Virus record (IMG/VR): IMGVR_UViG_3300016476_000832
Span: 1-49,322 of that record
DNA: 49,322 bases
Direction: 5' to 3' (one strand)
DNA from: a virus
Taxonomy: Duplodnaviria > Caudoviricetes
The notes beneath the pieces are model-generated. The model did no database searches. It was not told the origin of the DNA and saw only the letters and a list, made by a program, of their open reading frames with translations. The translations under genes and the position numbers were made by a program. Of this stretch, positions 27,352 through 36,896 are shown in pieces. How positions within the stretch are numbered: position 1 is the stretch's first letter; every line of letters starts with the position of its first letter.

Positions 27352-29661
27352 TTATACCCCTAAGAAAGGCTTTCCATCAATAATCTGTACGCCGCTAATT
27401 GGAATAGACGGCTCAATAATTAGCTCCAGATTTACCTCTTCAGGGAAGCTAGGCACGTCCGGTACTCTTACATCGAATGATTGAATCTTTCTGACCAATG
27501 CGCCACTGTCAGTCCCATAGTCTTGCTCTAAACTGCTTGCTGCTCGTAGGGCTACAAACTGGTCATTTAGCTTAACCGTACACCAATCACCCGGATTAAA
27601 TGATCCAATAGATGGTCTAAGAGATCCATTTATTGAAATGGTAAAGGTGCTGATTGGAGGAACTGATTCCTCTAAAAGCCTAGCAGCTTGCTTATATAGG
27701 ACTGTCTCATCTTCCGAATCTAGAGTGTCTACTACATCCAAAATTGGCCAACCGTCATTTAAAAGGATGTGGTTAGAAGCACCTGAGTATGGCTGGCTCG
27801 CATCCGAGGACAAGTTTGGATCTTTTCCCTGCACAAAGAACCTAGTACCAGAATCTTCAGCCGTTTCCTCCATGTTAGCTTCAAGAATATTTCCTGGATA
27901 TTCAAAAATTAAGTTAGTTGCCCCGTAGGCACTAGCAGGAATCGGACCGCTATATCCATTTTCTTGATCCGCCAACCACGCAGTCAGTGATGCCGGTACT
28001 AGAGGTAGAAACTTAAACTGACGCTTAAATGAATTTGTGGTTTGGTCGTAAGCACAGTCTATTCTGTATTCAAAACCGTTCGGCTTTGTAGAGTAGTCTT
28101 CTAGAATTTCAGCTACTGTTTTTAGTTCAAACCCTCTAATTACTGGATTTGCTTCTAGATTACCGCTGGTCATATTGGTGGCAGAGAAATCTAATCCCAG
28201 GTCACCTAAGGTGGTGTGTTCTCCAAATGTTCCATAAGTAACTGCAGCTCTTCTAGTCACGGTGGGGGGCTCAGATTTAGCAGTACCACCAGAGACGTAT
28301 GAGTCTGAGTTGTACCCGCCGACGGTGAATGTGCTGTTGGTTCTGGCAGAGACAATATAGTAGCCGTTGTACGAGCTAGGAGTTACGCCAGTGATTTCTA
28401 CAGTCATACCCGGAACAAAAGAGTTGTTTCCGGAGAAAGTTATTGTAGCTACTCCAACAGTTGCTCCAGTAATGGTTACGGTCTGGGCTGGTGCTGTATT
28501 GCTCGGGACAATATTTGTGCCAAACATGACAGTTTGAAAACTAGTAGATCCAGGGACGGCGTATACATTAAAGTATCCATCAAAAGTTTCGCTTACGTTA
28601 TCGACATACACAATGTCTCCGACGGCAAGGTCATGAGCAGTGGATGTATTGTAGGTAGCTATGTTGTTTGTTCTAGAAAAAGAGGTAATGCTGTATTTAT
28701 ATACACTTTCCGCTGTGTTAGAAAGATTAGACCCGGTGCTTGCATAAGTAAGAGTGTTACTTGTTGGAGTAGACAAAACTACTGCCTCAGCGGCGTTAAA
28801 TCCTGGAGCTGATTTGACATCAGTTACAGTAATTTTTTGTCCTACAACTAACTCGTGCTTTTTGGTTAGGTTTAACGTAGCAATATTGTTTTGTCTAGAG
28901 ATAGATGAAATCTCGTTGAAGAGATCTATGCCAGGCCTAATTTCATCATTTGCAAAGTCGAAATCAAAAAGATCGGTAGTTAGCTCTTGAAGAAGATCTC
29001 TAGCATATTGGTAAGTATCTTGTCTAGTCTCTACCGTTATCGGGGTATCAGTTCCCAGCGTCATGTTTGGCATGACTCTTTCCACACCGGTAGCATCTAC
29101 ATATCTGGCTTCTGCAGTAAAGAATGACCTATCGTCTTCAGTCAAGCCGGTACCAGTTACAACAAAATAGCCAGTGTATTTGGCATATTCGGTGCCCCAG
29201 TCGATCCAAACTGCCTCTCCAACTGTAAATCCATATTGACCTAGGGACAGGGTAACAGTGGCAACTCCAGACGAAACTAGTGCGGTAGCCTCATAAGCAC
29301 TGTTCCAAGTCTTCCAAACCACCCGATGCGAGAAGTAGCTAGTAAACTCTGAGGCGCTAACGGAAAGAACTTTGTCGACCAAGCTATAAGTTCTGGACCA
29401 AATTATTCCTCCCCAGACACAAACTCCATTTCTGACCACATAAATTGCAGTTTTTCCAGGAAGAGTAGTTTCGTACAGGTTTAGATTAAAAGTATCCTCG
29501 GTTACAGCGATGTCTCCAGTGAAGGTTCCCGCTTCATTTACGGACCTAGAATAAGAGACACCCTTAAATGGCACTTCCGCCAAAAGACGATTGGTCCTTA
29601 AGTCGCAGACGAAATACCGATAATCAACAAACTGATTATCTGGGGCTGTCAATACTGGCAT
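27352..29661 (-). CDS. minor tail (baseplate hub/Tal-like) protein with inserted beta-barrel repeats
   Basis: YRYFVCDLRT.RLLAEVP...SYSRSVNEAG...VWGGIIW pattern; located after Dit. Confidence 0.82.
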   Translation of the reverse strand: MPVLTAPDNQFVDYRYFVCDLRTNRLLAEVPFKGVSYSRSVNEAGTFTGDIAVTEDTFNLNLYETTLPGKTAIYVVRNGVCVWGGIIWSRTYSLVDKVLSVSASEFTSYFSHRVVWKTWNSAYEATALVSSGVATVTLSLGQYGFTVGEAVWIDWGTEYAKYTGYFVVTGTGLTEDDRSFFTAEARYVDATGVERVMPNMTLGTDTPITVETRQDTYQYARDLLQELTTDLFDFDFANDEIRPGIDLFNEISSISRQNNIATLNLTKKHELVVGQKITVTDVKSAPGFNAAEAVVLSTPTSNTLTYASTGSNLSNTAESVYKYSITSFSRTNNIATYNTSTAHDLAVGDIVYVDNVSETFDGYFNVYAVPGSTSFQTVMFGTNIVPSNTAPAQTVTITGATVGVATITFSGNNSFVPGMTVEITGVTPSSYNGYYIVSARTNSTFTVGGYNSDSYVSGGTAKSEPPTVTRRAAVTYGTFGEHTTLGDLGLDFSATNMTSGNLEANPVIRGFELKTVAEILEDYSTKPNGFEYRIDCAYDQTTNSFKRQFKFLPLVPASLTAWLADQENGYSGPIPASAYGATNLIFEYPGNILEANMEETAEDSGTRFFVQGKDPNLSSDASQPYSGASNHILLNDGWPILDVVDTLDSEDETVLYKQAARLLEESVPPISTFTISINGSLRPSIGSFNPGDWCTVKLNDQFVALRAASSLEQDYGTDSGALVRKIQSFDVRVPDVPSFPEEVNLELIIEPSIPISGVQIIDGKPFLGV

Positions 29662-29696
29662 ATTCGTCCTTAAGTGTCTTTAAACTATTTTATCAG

Positions 29697-30674
29697 CTAC
29701 GAGAGCCACCCTGATCGGTAGTAAATTGTACAGGTACTCCCGGAAGGGAAATTTGCCAGGGTTATAGTATTTGTGCCTGGTTGTAGATATATCCAGTCGA
29801 CTAAAACTGAAACTTTAGATCTGGCATTAGTGACATTAGTTACTTCATCCAGACTAGTTTCTGGATTAAGGGTGTATTCGACATCTAGAACCTCCCTGTT
29901 GTAGGTATCAATTTCTAACTTAGTATCTGACTCGGTGCCCTCAATTACAGTGATTACCTGGTCACTCGCAGTGTTAGTTATCGTGGCCGGGAGATCTGGA
30001 TCATCGACAATAAATCCCTTGGAAAGCTCTATAACTATTGGAACCGCAACATCTCCGCTATTCACAACGTTAGCCGTGGCCGTACCTCCGCCAGTAGCGG
30101 TTAGGGTAGTTACTCGATATCCGTCTTCGCTTCCATCGACATACTCATACTTGATCGGGTCATTAGCAACTAAACCAATAGAGAAGTCGTGTCTACCCCT
30201 AGCACTAACGCTTTTAATCTGAGGGGAGTCTGTTAGTCGAACATATGCAGCCTTTTTAGGGTTCTCGTCAACAATTAACCATCCACCGCTTTTTACTAAG
30301 TTAACTGCATTTAGTAGAGCAGATCTAGCTGCAGGTACTTGGCTAGGATCCTGAGTTAAGAAAGATCCAACCAAATTTATATTTCTGGTAGAGAATCGGC
30401 CAATGGCATCGTAGGACCCATCTCCCCAGCCTCTAGGTAGATCTGGAATTTCAGACTCAGGTAAGTTCCACCAACCCTGAATATCTGACACTACCCAAAC
30501 TACATTGTTTTCGTCGATCGTATTTAGTGTTAGCCCATTTATTTCGATGTCGGCATTTAACTTTAGTCCAGAGATATATGGCTCTGGAAGCTTTGTAAGG
30601 GCTTTTCTTACAAGTTTATTCTCTAACGATTGAGCATCTTGATCAGCGATCGTTGGCTCATAGTAATCGCTCAT
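29697..30674 (-). CDS. distal tail protein (Dit)
   Basis: Directly after the tape measure gene. L.A.DP.KY, VNSGD...P.., WIYLQPGTNTI motifs. Confidence 0.85.
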   Translation of the reverse strand: MSDYYEPTIADQDAQSLENKLVRKALTKLPEPYISGLKLNADIEINGLTLNTIDENNVVWVVSDIQGWWNLPESEIPDLPRGWGDGSYDAIGRFSTRNINLVGSFLTQDPSQVPAARSALLNAVNLVKSGGWLIVDENPKKAAYVRLTDSPQIKSVSARGRHDFSIGLVANDPIKYEYVDGSEDGYRVTTLTATGGGTATANVVNSGDVAVPIVIELSKGFIVDDPDLPATITNTASDQVITVIEGTESDTKLEIDTYNREVLDVEYTLNPETSLDEVTNVTNARSKVSVLVDWIYLQPGTNTITLANFPSGSTCTIYYRSGWLS

Positions 30675-33600
30675 TAGATCGTACCTCTTCTCATCTCAAA
30701 TGCTAGTCTGCGCGAAACTGCAGCTGCTAAAGCCTTCTCATCCATTCCAGGTGAAGGATAGACGTTTACAGTAATGCCACCAGCCATTCCACCAGTCAGC
30801 TCGGCAATCATGGCCCTGTCTCTAGTGGAAAGGCCGCTAGGATCTAGAGGCTCGATGCGCTCTGGTCTTCCCGCTTCTGCCACATTAACAATAGATCCAC
30901 CATAGGACGGCATAACGATTCCACCCTTGGCCAACCTAGGTAGGGATATCTCGGAGACTCTGGAGATATTAAAACCAATCTCTTTTTGTCCACCAAACAA
31001 TGGCCTCATCAGCTCGGGGATGGCCAATTTAATTGTGTTGATTCTGTCGATGATGAAGTTCAAACCTCTAATGAAGAAGTTTACAAAGCCTTCAGCGAAT
31101 CCGATGTATGTGTTAATTACAGTTCTTAAGAAGTTCTTGACGTTGTCAAATACTGTCTTAAAGAATCCAAAGACTTTGTCCAATGGACCCTTTATCCAGT
31201 CAACAAACTTTTGGAATCCATCTTGGATTCCCTTCCAAACAGTTCCTACAAAGTCTCCAATACCCTTAAAGATAGGATCGAAGAACTTCTTGATACCTTC
31301 CACTATTGGCTTGAGGAAGTCAGATACTGCTTTGAATCCGGCTTTAATTCCATCCCAAACCACCTGAACAGCAGTTCCAATACCTACAAAAATAATTGTA
31401 AAGATAGCAGCAAATACTTCTACGATTCCTCGGATTATGTCGAAACCAGTAGTAAATGCAGTAACAAAAAAGTCAATTACTGGCTGGAAGGTTTCTTGTA
31501 GGCCTTGCCATATTCCAGTAAAGAACTCGCCAATTCCGGTGAAGATCTCACCCAAAACTGTTCCGGCATTGTTCCAGGCTTCGATGATCCAGTCAACAAC
31601 CCCTCCCAGGAAGTCCATGAATCCTTGCCAGATCTCTTTACCAAGTTCAGTCTGAGTAAAGAAGAAGGTAAGAGCCGCTACAGCCGCACCAATAGCTATC
31701 CCCCACGGTCCAGCTAGGAACATTCCAGCTCTACCTAGAATTTGTACAAATCCGCCAAAGACTCCACCCAGGTTCTTTCCAGCAAGGAATAAATTAAGGA
31801 AGAAGGTCTGAATACCTCCCATAGCCCCCACTAAACCACTTATCTTGTCAAATAAGAATATAAGGTTTCCACCAAGGACATTGAAAATAAATTTAACTGG
31901 ACCAAACGCAGCTCCAATAGCCAAAGCAAATGCGAAGAGTCGTCCAGTAATAGTGAATACAGCCTGCCCTAGTTCGCTCTTAAAGAAGTCCGCGGCTATC
32001 TTGGCAAGATCGGCCAATGTGCCAAAGAATATTTCCATAGCACCAGTGTCTTGAAGCGCATTTCCTAGCTCGATTAGCTGTCCGACAAGTTCAGCAAATG
32101 ATGGTCCTGCTTCTAGGCCTTTTTCAAGAAGGTCTCCAAATGCAGGCGCGTTTTCTTTTAGGATCTCGAAGGTTTCTTTAATTGCAGGGTTATCTGCAAG
32201 TTTAAAGATTTCACCTAGATAAGCACCAATAGTATCCAGGATGGTGGTAGCGTTAGTGGCAGCCCCCTCAAAGAAGGTCGTTAGCGCTGCCCTTCCCTCC
32301 TCGGTTCCGCCACCAAGATTTGCAAATTTTCCGGTTACTTTGTCTAGCCAGTCAAGGATTACCCAGCCGCCGCCTTGGCCGTTCTCGCCGAAATTAAGAT
32401 CAATTAAATTGCCTAATCCAGATAGGATGTTTCCAACAATTCCAGCAAAGCGTCCTAATACTTCATAGCCCCGCTCAAACATGGCCGTGAGTTCGCCGCT
32501 CTTGTTCATGCGGTCTATCTCATCGCGCCACTCGCCAGTAACTCTAATTAGATCTTCGGTGAAGAGCTCGACAACTGGATTCAGCGCCTCAGCGATGTCT
32601 AATGCAATTTCGTAGACGTTGCCAAAAATGGTTCCCCAATTTTCAATGCTAGGAACCATTCCTTCGAGTACCCTACCCAGCTGGGAAATGTTCTCCTCTT
32701 TGAGTAGAGCATCTGTAAAGTTCTTTGCTGCAGTACCAAGCGCACCTGAAATTAATGGCAGCTTTTCCTCTAGCATCGGGAAGAGTTCTTCTACAATTCT
32801 TCCTATTTGCTCTTCTAGAGGTCCTAAGAACGCTGCAGCAACGGCATCTCTTAGTTTTTGGATTTCTGGTTGGATGCTAACTAAGAACTCTGCAAATTTC
32901 TTTTGAGCGGCAGTCAGACCAGCGAATGGGTCGGATCCACCGCCAGCTGCAGGACTTACGCCATTTTCAATCTGGTCTTGGAGGTCTGCGTTTCGGTCTT
33001 TAGCTCTTCTGTACGCTAAGTCTGCTTCTTTGAATGCTAGTTCGGCTTCACGTCTAGCTTTTGAATTCGGTGGAAGGTCCTGAACCCTGCGAAGAGACTC
33101 ACGGGCCTTCTCCAGATTTAATGCGGCTCGCTCTTCACTTAAAGCAGCCTCTTCAGAGTCAAACTTGAGTTGCTGAAGTTCTTCTCTAATCTCTTTGATA
33201 GATTTGCCATAGGCAGAAGATGCTCCAGTAGCCTGAGCAACGGCCTGACTGATCCCCTTTAAGGCAAAACTTGCAGTAAAAGCAGCAACACGTAACTGTA
33301 TAAAGCTAGCAACTACTACACCAAGACCCTGAACGGCTGCTCCAGCAGCTGCAACTAGGGATAGAAGCCCTGAACCAAGAGAAGCTATACCACCAGCTAA
33401 AATGCCTAATGCGGTGTTTAGGGTGTATCCAGTCTTTACTAGACTTCTAAATTGCTCCCTAGATTGCTCGGCGCTGGGGGCCAGCGCCCTAAGACCATCA
33501 GCAATTTTTCCGAACACATCGTTAGCACCACTGCGCCTAAACCCCTGAGAAAAAGAACGGCCAATAGTCGCACCAGCCCGCGAAGCAACATTCTGATCTA

Positions 33601-33685
33601 AACCATTAAACCCGCGGCGGATGTCATCCGCAACCTTACCGGTTATGGCTCTAACTATAATATGGGCTTCGCCGACTACTGCCAC
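30674..33685 (-). CDS. tape measure protein
   Basis: 1003 aa, helical, periodic W/F repeats, LPRLAKGG...AEAGRPE C-terminus; follows the tail chaperones. Confidence 0.95.
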   Translation of the reverse strand: MAVVGEAHIIVRAITGKVADDIRRGFNGLDQNVASRAGATIGRSFSQGFRRSGANDVFGKIADGLRALAPSAEQSREQFRSLVKTGYTLNTALGILAGGIASLGSGLLSLVAAAGAAVQGLGVVVASFIQLRVAAFTASFALKGISQAVAQATGASSAYGKSIKEIREELQQLKFDSEEAALSEERAALNLEKARESLRRVQDLPPNSKARREAELAFKEADLAYRRAKDRNADLQDQIENGVSPAAGGGSDPFAGLTAAQKKFAEFLVSIQPEIQKLRDAVAAAFLGPLEEQIGRIVEELFPMLEEKLPLISGALGTAAKNFTDALLKEENISQLGRVLEGMVPSIENWGTIFGNVYEIALDIAEALNPVVELFTEDLIRVTGEWRDEIDRMNKSGELTAMFERGYEVLGRFAGIVGNILSGLGNLIDLNFGENGQGGGWVILDWLDKVTGKFANLGGGTEEGRAALTTFFEGAATNATTILDTIGAYLGEIFKLADNPAIKETFEILKENAPAFGDLLEKGLEAGPSFAELVGQLIELGNALQDTGAMEIFFGTLADLAKIAADFFKSELGQAVFTITGRLFAFALAIGAAFGPVKFIFNVLGGNLIFLFDKISGLVGAMGGIQTFFLNLFLAGKNLGGVFGGFVQILGRAGMFLAGPWGIAIGAAVAALTFFFTQTELGKEIWQGFMDFLGGVVDWIIEAWNNAGTVLGEIFTGIGEFFTGIWQGLQETFQPVIDFFVTAFTTGFDIIRGIVEVFAAIFTIIFVGIGTAVQVVWDGIKAGFKAVSDFLKPIVEGIKKFFDPIFKGIGDFVGTVWKGIQDGFQKFVDWIKGPLDKVFGFFKTVFDNVKNFLRTVINTYIGFAEGFVNFFIRGLNFIIDRINTIKLAIPELMRPLFGGQKEIGFNISRVSEISLPRLAKGGIVMPSYGGSIVNVAEAGRPERIEPLDPSGLSTRDRAMIAELTGGMAGGITVNVYPSPGMDEKALAAAVSRRLAFEMRRGTI

Positions 33686-33694
33686 TTACATCAC

Positions 33695-34102
33695 CTAGCC
33701 TAAAGGTGCGTCTAAAGCAGCACCAAAGGGCATGCTTGACTCAGGGTCGAATTCGGTCGGTGGAATGTATGGCTTCACTTCGTTAGAAGGGAAGTCATCA
33801 AAGCTAGTCGGATCATTGTCGGAGACGTAGCGTCGACCAGCAGACGAAGAGCCCTTATTGTAGGCATACTTATATGTCGTGCCATACATAGTTCTGTATA
33901 CAGAGCTCCTCAAATTACTTACTGCTTCTGCCTCTTCCCCAGACTGATATCTGGAGTCTTCTTCGAAGAAGTAGTGCAAAACATCTACCATCTCAGGAGC
34001 CTCCATGTCCGCTAACCGTAGGCCGTATGTTAACGCTTTGCCGTTAACGTATGGCCAGAGGTCTACTGCCCAACTGATTAGTCCTCTGGCTGCTGATTTG
34101 GG
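33695..34102 (-). CDS. tail assembly chaperone, -1 frameshift extension (G-T type)
   Basis: Lies in the -1 frame relative to 34078..34410 and is entered at C CCA AAT. Confidence 0.8.
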   Translation of the reverse strand, partial: PKSAARGLISWAVDLWPYVNGKALTYGLRLADMEAPEMVDVLHYFFEEDSRYQSGEEAEAVSNLRSSVYRTMYGTTYKYAYNKGSSSAGRRYVSDNDPTSFDDFPSNEVKPYIPPTEFDPESSMPFGAALDAPLG

Positions 34103-34410
34103 CGATCTGCGTACTGCTCGATCAACCAAGCCGTAATCTCAGCTAGAGTTTCAGTTGTAACAATTCTTTGCTTATCCTGTAGTAGGACATTAAATCTCTC
34201 CAGGCTCTCGTCCTCTAGAACCTTGGTGAAAAACTCATCGACAACCTGAGCCTGATCTGCAGGATTCTCGGAAGATGATTTTGAAATTAGGTCCAATAGA
34301 ACCTTGCCCTGTAGGGCCTTTACGCAGTGAAAGTCCTCACCGTGTAGCTTAAAAGATACTGGCTCTCTGTCTTCGACATTGCCAGACCCGAAATCGCGAA
34401 ACTTTGTCAT
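34078..34410 (-). CDS. tail assembly chaperone
   Basis: Upstream of the tape measure gene; ends WLIEQYADRP at the slippery site. Confidence 0.88.
   Translation of the reverse strand: MTKFRDFGSGNVEDREPVSFKLHGEDFHCVKALQGKVLLDLISKSSSENPADQAQVVDEFFTKVLEDESLERFNVLLQDKQRIVTTETLAEITAWLIEQYADRPNQQPED
34096..34102 (-). other. programmed -1 ribosomal frameshift site CCCAAAT
   Basis: In-frame X XXY YYZ heptamer (CGC CCA AAT) five codons before the chaperone stop. A -1 slip reads on into SAARGLISWAVD. Confidence 0.82.
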
Positions 34411-34471
34411 TGTTTGTATGTCTTTCTTTGTAGTTAGGTGTCAATTCTGCTTTTTACAAAGCATTGCTACT

Positions 34472-34479
34472 ATTTTACC
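34472..34479 (-). promoter_or_regulatory. GGTAAAAT motif upstream of tail chaperone
   Basis: ATTTTACC on +, overlapping the stop codon of the upstream gene. Confidence 0.45.
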
Positions 34480-34999
34480 GCCTTATGTGGACCCTCAGTT
34501 GGTCGGAGAGGTAGCGGTTAGGTTTAGTGCCTGGGTGCCTAACTAGGGTAGTTTTTATGACTCTAGAACCTTTGGAAAATACAAGTACCCCGTTAGCCTC
34601 TTTGGGTGTTATAAGGTGCGGTCTCGTACCCTCATGGTGTAGGTATGCATAAGACTTCTCTGATCCAATCCAGAGATATTGCCCATAGGCATTGCCAAGA
34701 TGCCTCATATGGATTGATTGACGGAGAGCTCCGGTCTTTACCCCCACCTGTCTCTTTGCGCCAGCAACTATGCGCCTACCAAGAAGGTCCATATGACGCC
34801 AAACCATGCCGCCAGATTGGTTCAATTGAAAATTGAGCTGAGGTCTATAAATAATCACCTTACTGAGAGTAAGGTTTAGTCCTATTGGTGCCTTATCAAA
34901 GGTAGATCTTGCAGATCTAGCAGCCCTGCTGATCTTATTTATGTACTTTTGGCCAGCATAAATTATAGGGCTATCGTTTATGAGCCCCCACACTGGCAT
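34475..34999 (-). CDS. HK97 gp10-like neck/tail completion protein
   Basis: VKTGALRQSI, YAYLHHEGTRPH.I, VRHPGTKPNRYL. Confidence 0.8.
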   Translation of the reverse strand: MPVWGLINDSPIIYAGQKYINKISRAARSARSTFDKAPIGLNLTLSKVIIYRPQLNFQLNQSGGMVWRHMDLLGRRIVAGAKRQVGVKTGALRQSIHMRHLGNAYGQYLWIGSEKSYAYLHHEGTRPHLITPKEANGVLVFSKGSRVIKTTLVRHPGTKPNRYLSDQLRVHIRR

Positions 35000-35000
35000 T

Positions 35001-35510
35001 TTATGGAACCGCCATTGTGACTACAAGATTTGTGGTCTGGAATCCGCCCTCTGGAGGGGTAACTTCTAGGGTAGCAATAACGCCGACCCCATACCCAGTC
35101 TCATCCCACTGATCTAGCTGATTAATAGATTCCATCAAAACCCATGCGTCGATAGCTAGAACCTCAGATGCTGCTTCGATACGCTCTGGCGATGGCGGCC
35201 TACCATTTTGCTGAGCAATCGGCGTGGCCCTAGATAAAGATATAGTCATAGTGGCACTCCTGGGCACGTGGCAACGCTGCGGTTCGCCAACCTGCGCACC
35301 TGGAGGGCCTAAGTAGAGCTGCTGAAAATAGATAACTAACTGTTCACAGTCGATCGCTGGAAGTCCCATCATCCAATACTGGCGTGCTGGTAGTTCAACG
35401 TTATATGACTGAAAAACAGACTGTACCCTCTCCAGGACACCCTGCATTAAGTCTCTGAGGTGTACCGCATCCTCGGAGACTCCAGTTAGATCTAGTTCTT
35501 GGCTTGGCAT
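35001..35510 (-). CDS. putative tail terminator
   Basis: Position in the neck module; DCEQL.I...P.GG pattern. Confidence 0.6.
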   Translation of the reverse strand: MPSQELDLTGVSEDAVHLRDLMQGVLERVQSVFQSYNVELPARQYWMMGLPAIDCEQLVIYFQQLYLGPPGAQVGEPQRCHVPRSATMTISLSRATPIAQQNGRPPSPERIEAASEVLAIDAWVLMESINQLDQWDETGYGVGVIATLEVTPPEGGFQTTNLVVTMAVP

Positions 35511-35513
35511 TGA

Positions 35514-35693
35514 CTACTCCTCGTTAGAGGTTTCCTCTGTCTTTACGTCCTCGACGACTGCAACTGGCTCTACAACTACTGGCTCAACCTTTGGGGCCGG
35601 AGTAGAAATGCGTGGAGCAGGTGCAGCCTTCTTTGCTTTAGGCTTCGCAACACCCAGCATGTCCTGGGCACGGAAGTTAGTCTGAATTGACAT
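35514..35693 (-). CDS. small Pro/Ala/Glu-rich protein
   Basis: GAAGGAACC RBS before ATG 35693; 59 aa. Confidence 0.7.
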   Translation of the reverse strand: MSIQTNFRAQDMLGVAKPKAKKAAPAPRISTPAPKVEPVVVEPVAVVEDVKTEETSNEE

Positions 35694-35706
35694 GGTTCCT
35701 TCTTTC

Positions 35707-36819
35707 TTAGTACATCTTGATCTGGAGGTTTCCAGATGCAAGTTCGACCAGGCTCTCTACGCCATCCTCGGTTTGAGAGGCGTAAAGTGTCCAGGTTCCT
35801 GGGTCCACCATCCCCAAAGCCGAGTAGGCCTTGTCGTACGGAATAGTGAAATCTAGTGTTTCATTCTCGTAATCTAAAGTAATGCTTCCACTCTCTAGGG
35901 ATACAGAGGTGCCTTCTCCGTAGTTTCTTAGGACTACTTTCGGGGTCCAATCTGGATTTTGAGGGAAAAAGTTACTAAGGTCAGTGCCGCTACCTTCGGA
36001 TGTCCAGCTAATCGATCCATCCAGCGTAGACAAAACTAGATCGAAGTCGCCATTTTCTACCAGCTTTAGTGGCTTAGGAGTATACTTTCTTGCTCGAGGG
36101 GTATCTACAGAAAATACTTTGGACTTTCGTCTTGCATTGTCTGGATTGACGGTCTTGAGGAATAGGTCAATTTCATAGAGTCCGGTGCGGAGTTCGTCAA
36201 TAAACTCTTGGTTGTCAAGAATGGTGTAAGAGACACCCTGACGTGAAACAGAGGTTACGCGCTGAGGAAGCTCGCACATCTCGTCGCCCGCCCAGAGTCG
36301 AGCAAACTCGATGGCCAACTTTCGAGCCGCCATTTTTCCAGCGGTAGGAACGGGAATGCCATACGCGTAAGTTATTTCTACGTTACATGGAGTCCATGGG
36401 GTTCCGGCCTTAATGTGGATTGTAGAGTGGTCCACTAAGTAATAGCTAGAAGGATCTAAAACTTTTCCATTTTTGTTTCTAATTGTATAAATTCTAGTTA
36501 CTGGACGACCGCGGAGCTTGATTCTCGCGTCAGGCGAGAGACCATCAGACACAAGCTCGGAATACTCGTCGTAATCACCGGAAGGAATGTTGTAAACATC
36601 CCCACCAAATAGTACAGGACTATTAGTTTTGTCTGAAGGTCCCATCCGGTTATTGCGTAGGGTACAGGTGTAACGCTCGGTGACAATTGTTTCTCCCGTG
36701 TATTTTCTGCCCGACATAGCCCAAAGCAGGTTAGACGCAACCTGAGCCGCCTCGGCGGTATATTCGGTGTACGAGTAGTCTCCCATTTCCTCGGGGAGAA
36801 TCCATAGGTTGCTAGTCAT
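35707..36819 (-). CDS. head-to-tail adaptor with C-terminal Ig-like extension
   Basis: AS.LLWAMSGR.Y, LA.EFA...C.LPQRVTSVSRQGVSY, TGLYEIDLF...NP motifs of actinophage adaptors. Confidence 0.85.
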   Translation of the reverse strand: MTSNLWILPEEMGDYSYTEYTAEAAQVASNLLWAMSGRKYTGETIVTERYTCTLRNNRMGPSDKTNSPVLFGGDVYNIPSGDYDEYSELVSDGLSPDARIKLRGRPVTRIYTIRNKNGKVLDPSSYYLVDHSTIHIKAGTPWTPCNVEITYAYGIPVPTAGKMAARKLAIEFARLWAGDEMCELPQRVTSVSRQGVSYTILDNQEFIDELRTGLYEIDLFLKTVNPDNARRKSKVFSVDTPRARKYTPKPLKLVENGDFDLVLSTLDGSISWTSEGSGTDLSNFFPQNPDWTPKVVLRNYGEGTSVSLESGSITLDYENETLDFTIPYDKAYSALGMVDPGTWTLYASQTEDGVESLVELASGNLQIKMY

Positions 36820-36842
36820 ATTTTTACCTCTTAGATAATTTT

Positions 36843-36885
36843 AACGGGTGGTAGCCCTAGTAAGTTTCTAGAGCCACCACCCGTT
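36843..36885 (-). terminator. stem-loop after major tail gene
   Basis: 18-bp stem that pairs fully on the - strand RNA (two G-U pairs), 7-nt loop, weak U tract. Confidence 0.7.
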
Positions 36886-36896
36886 CGTTCTAGTGA

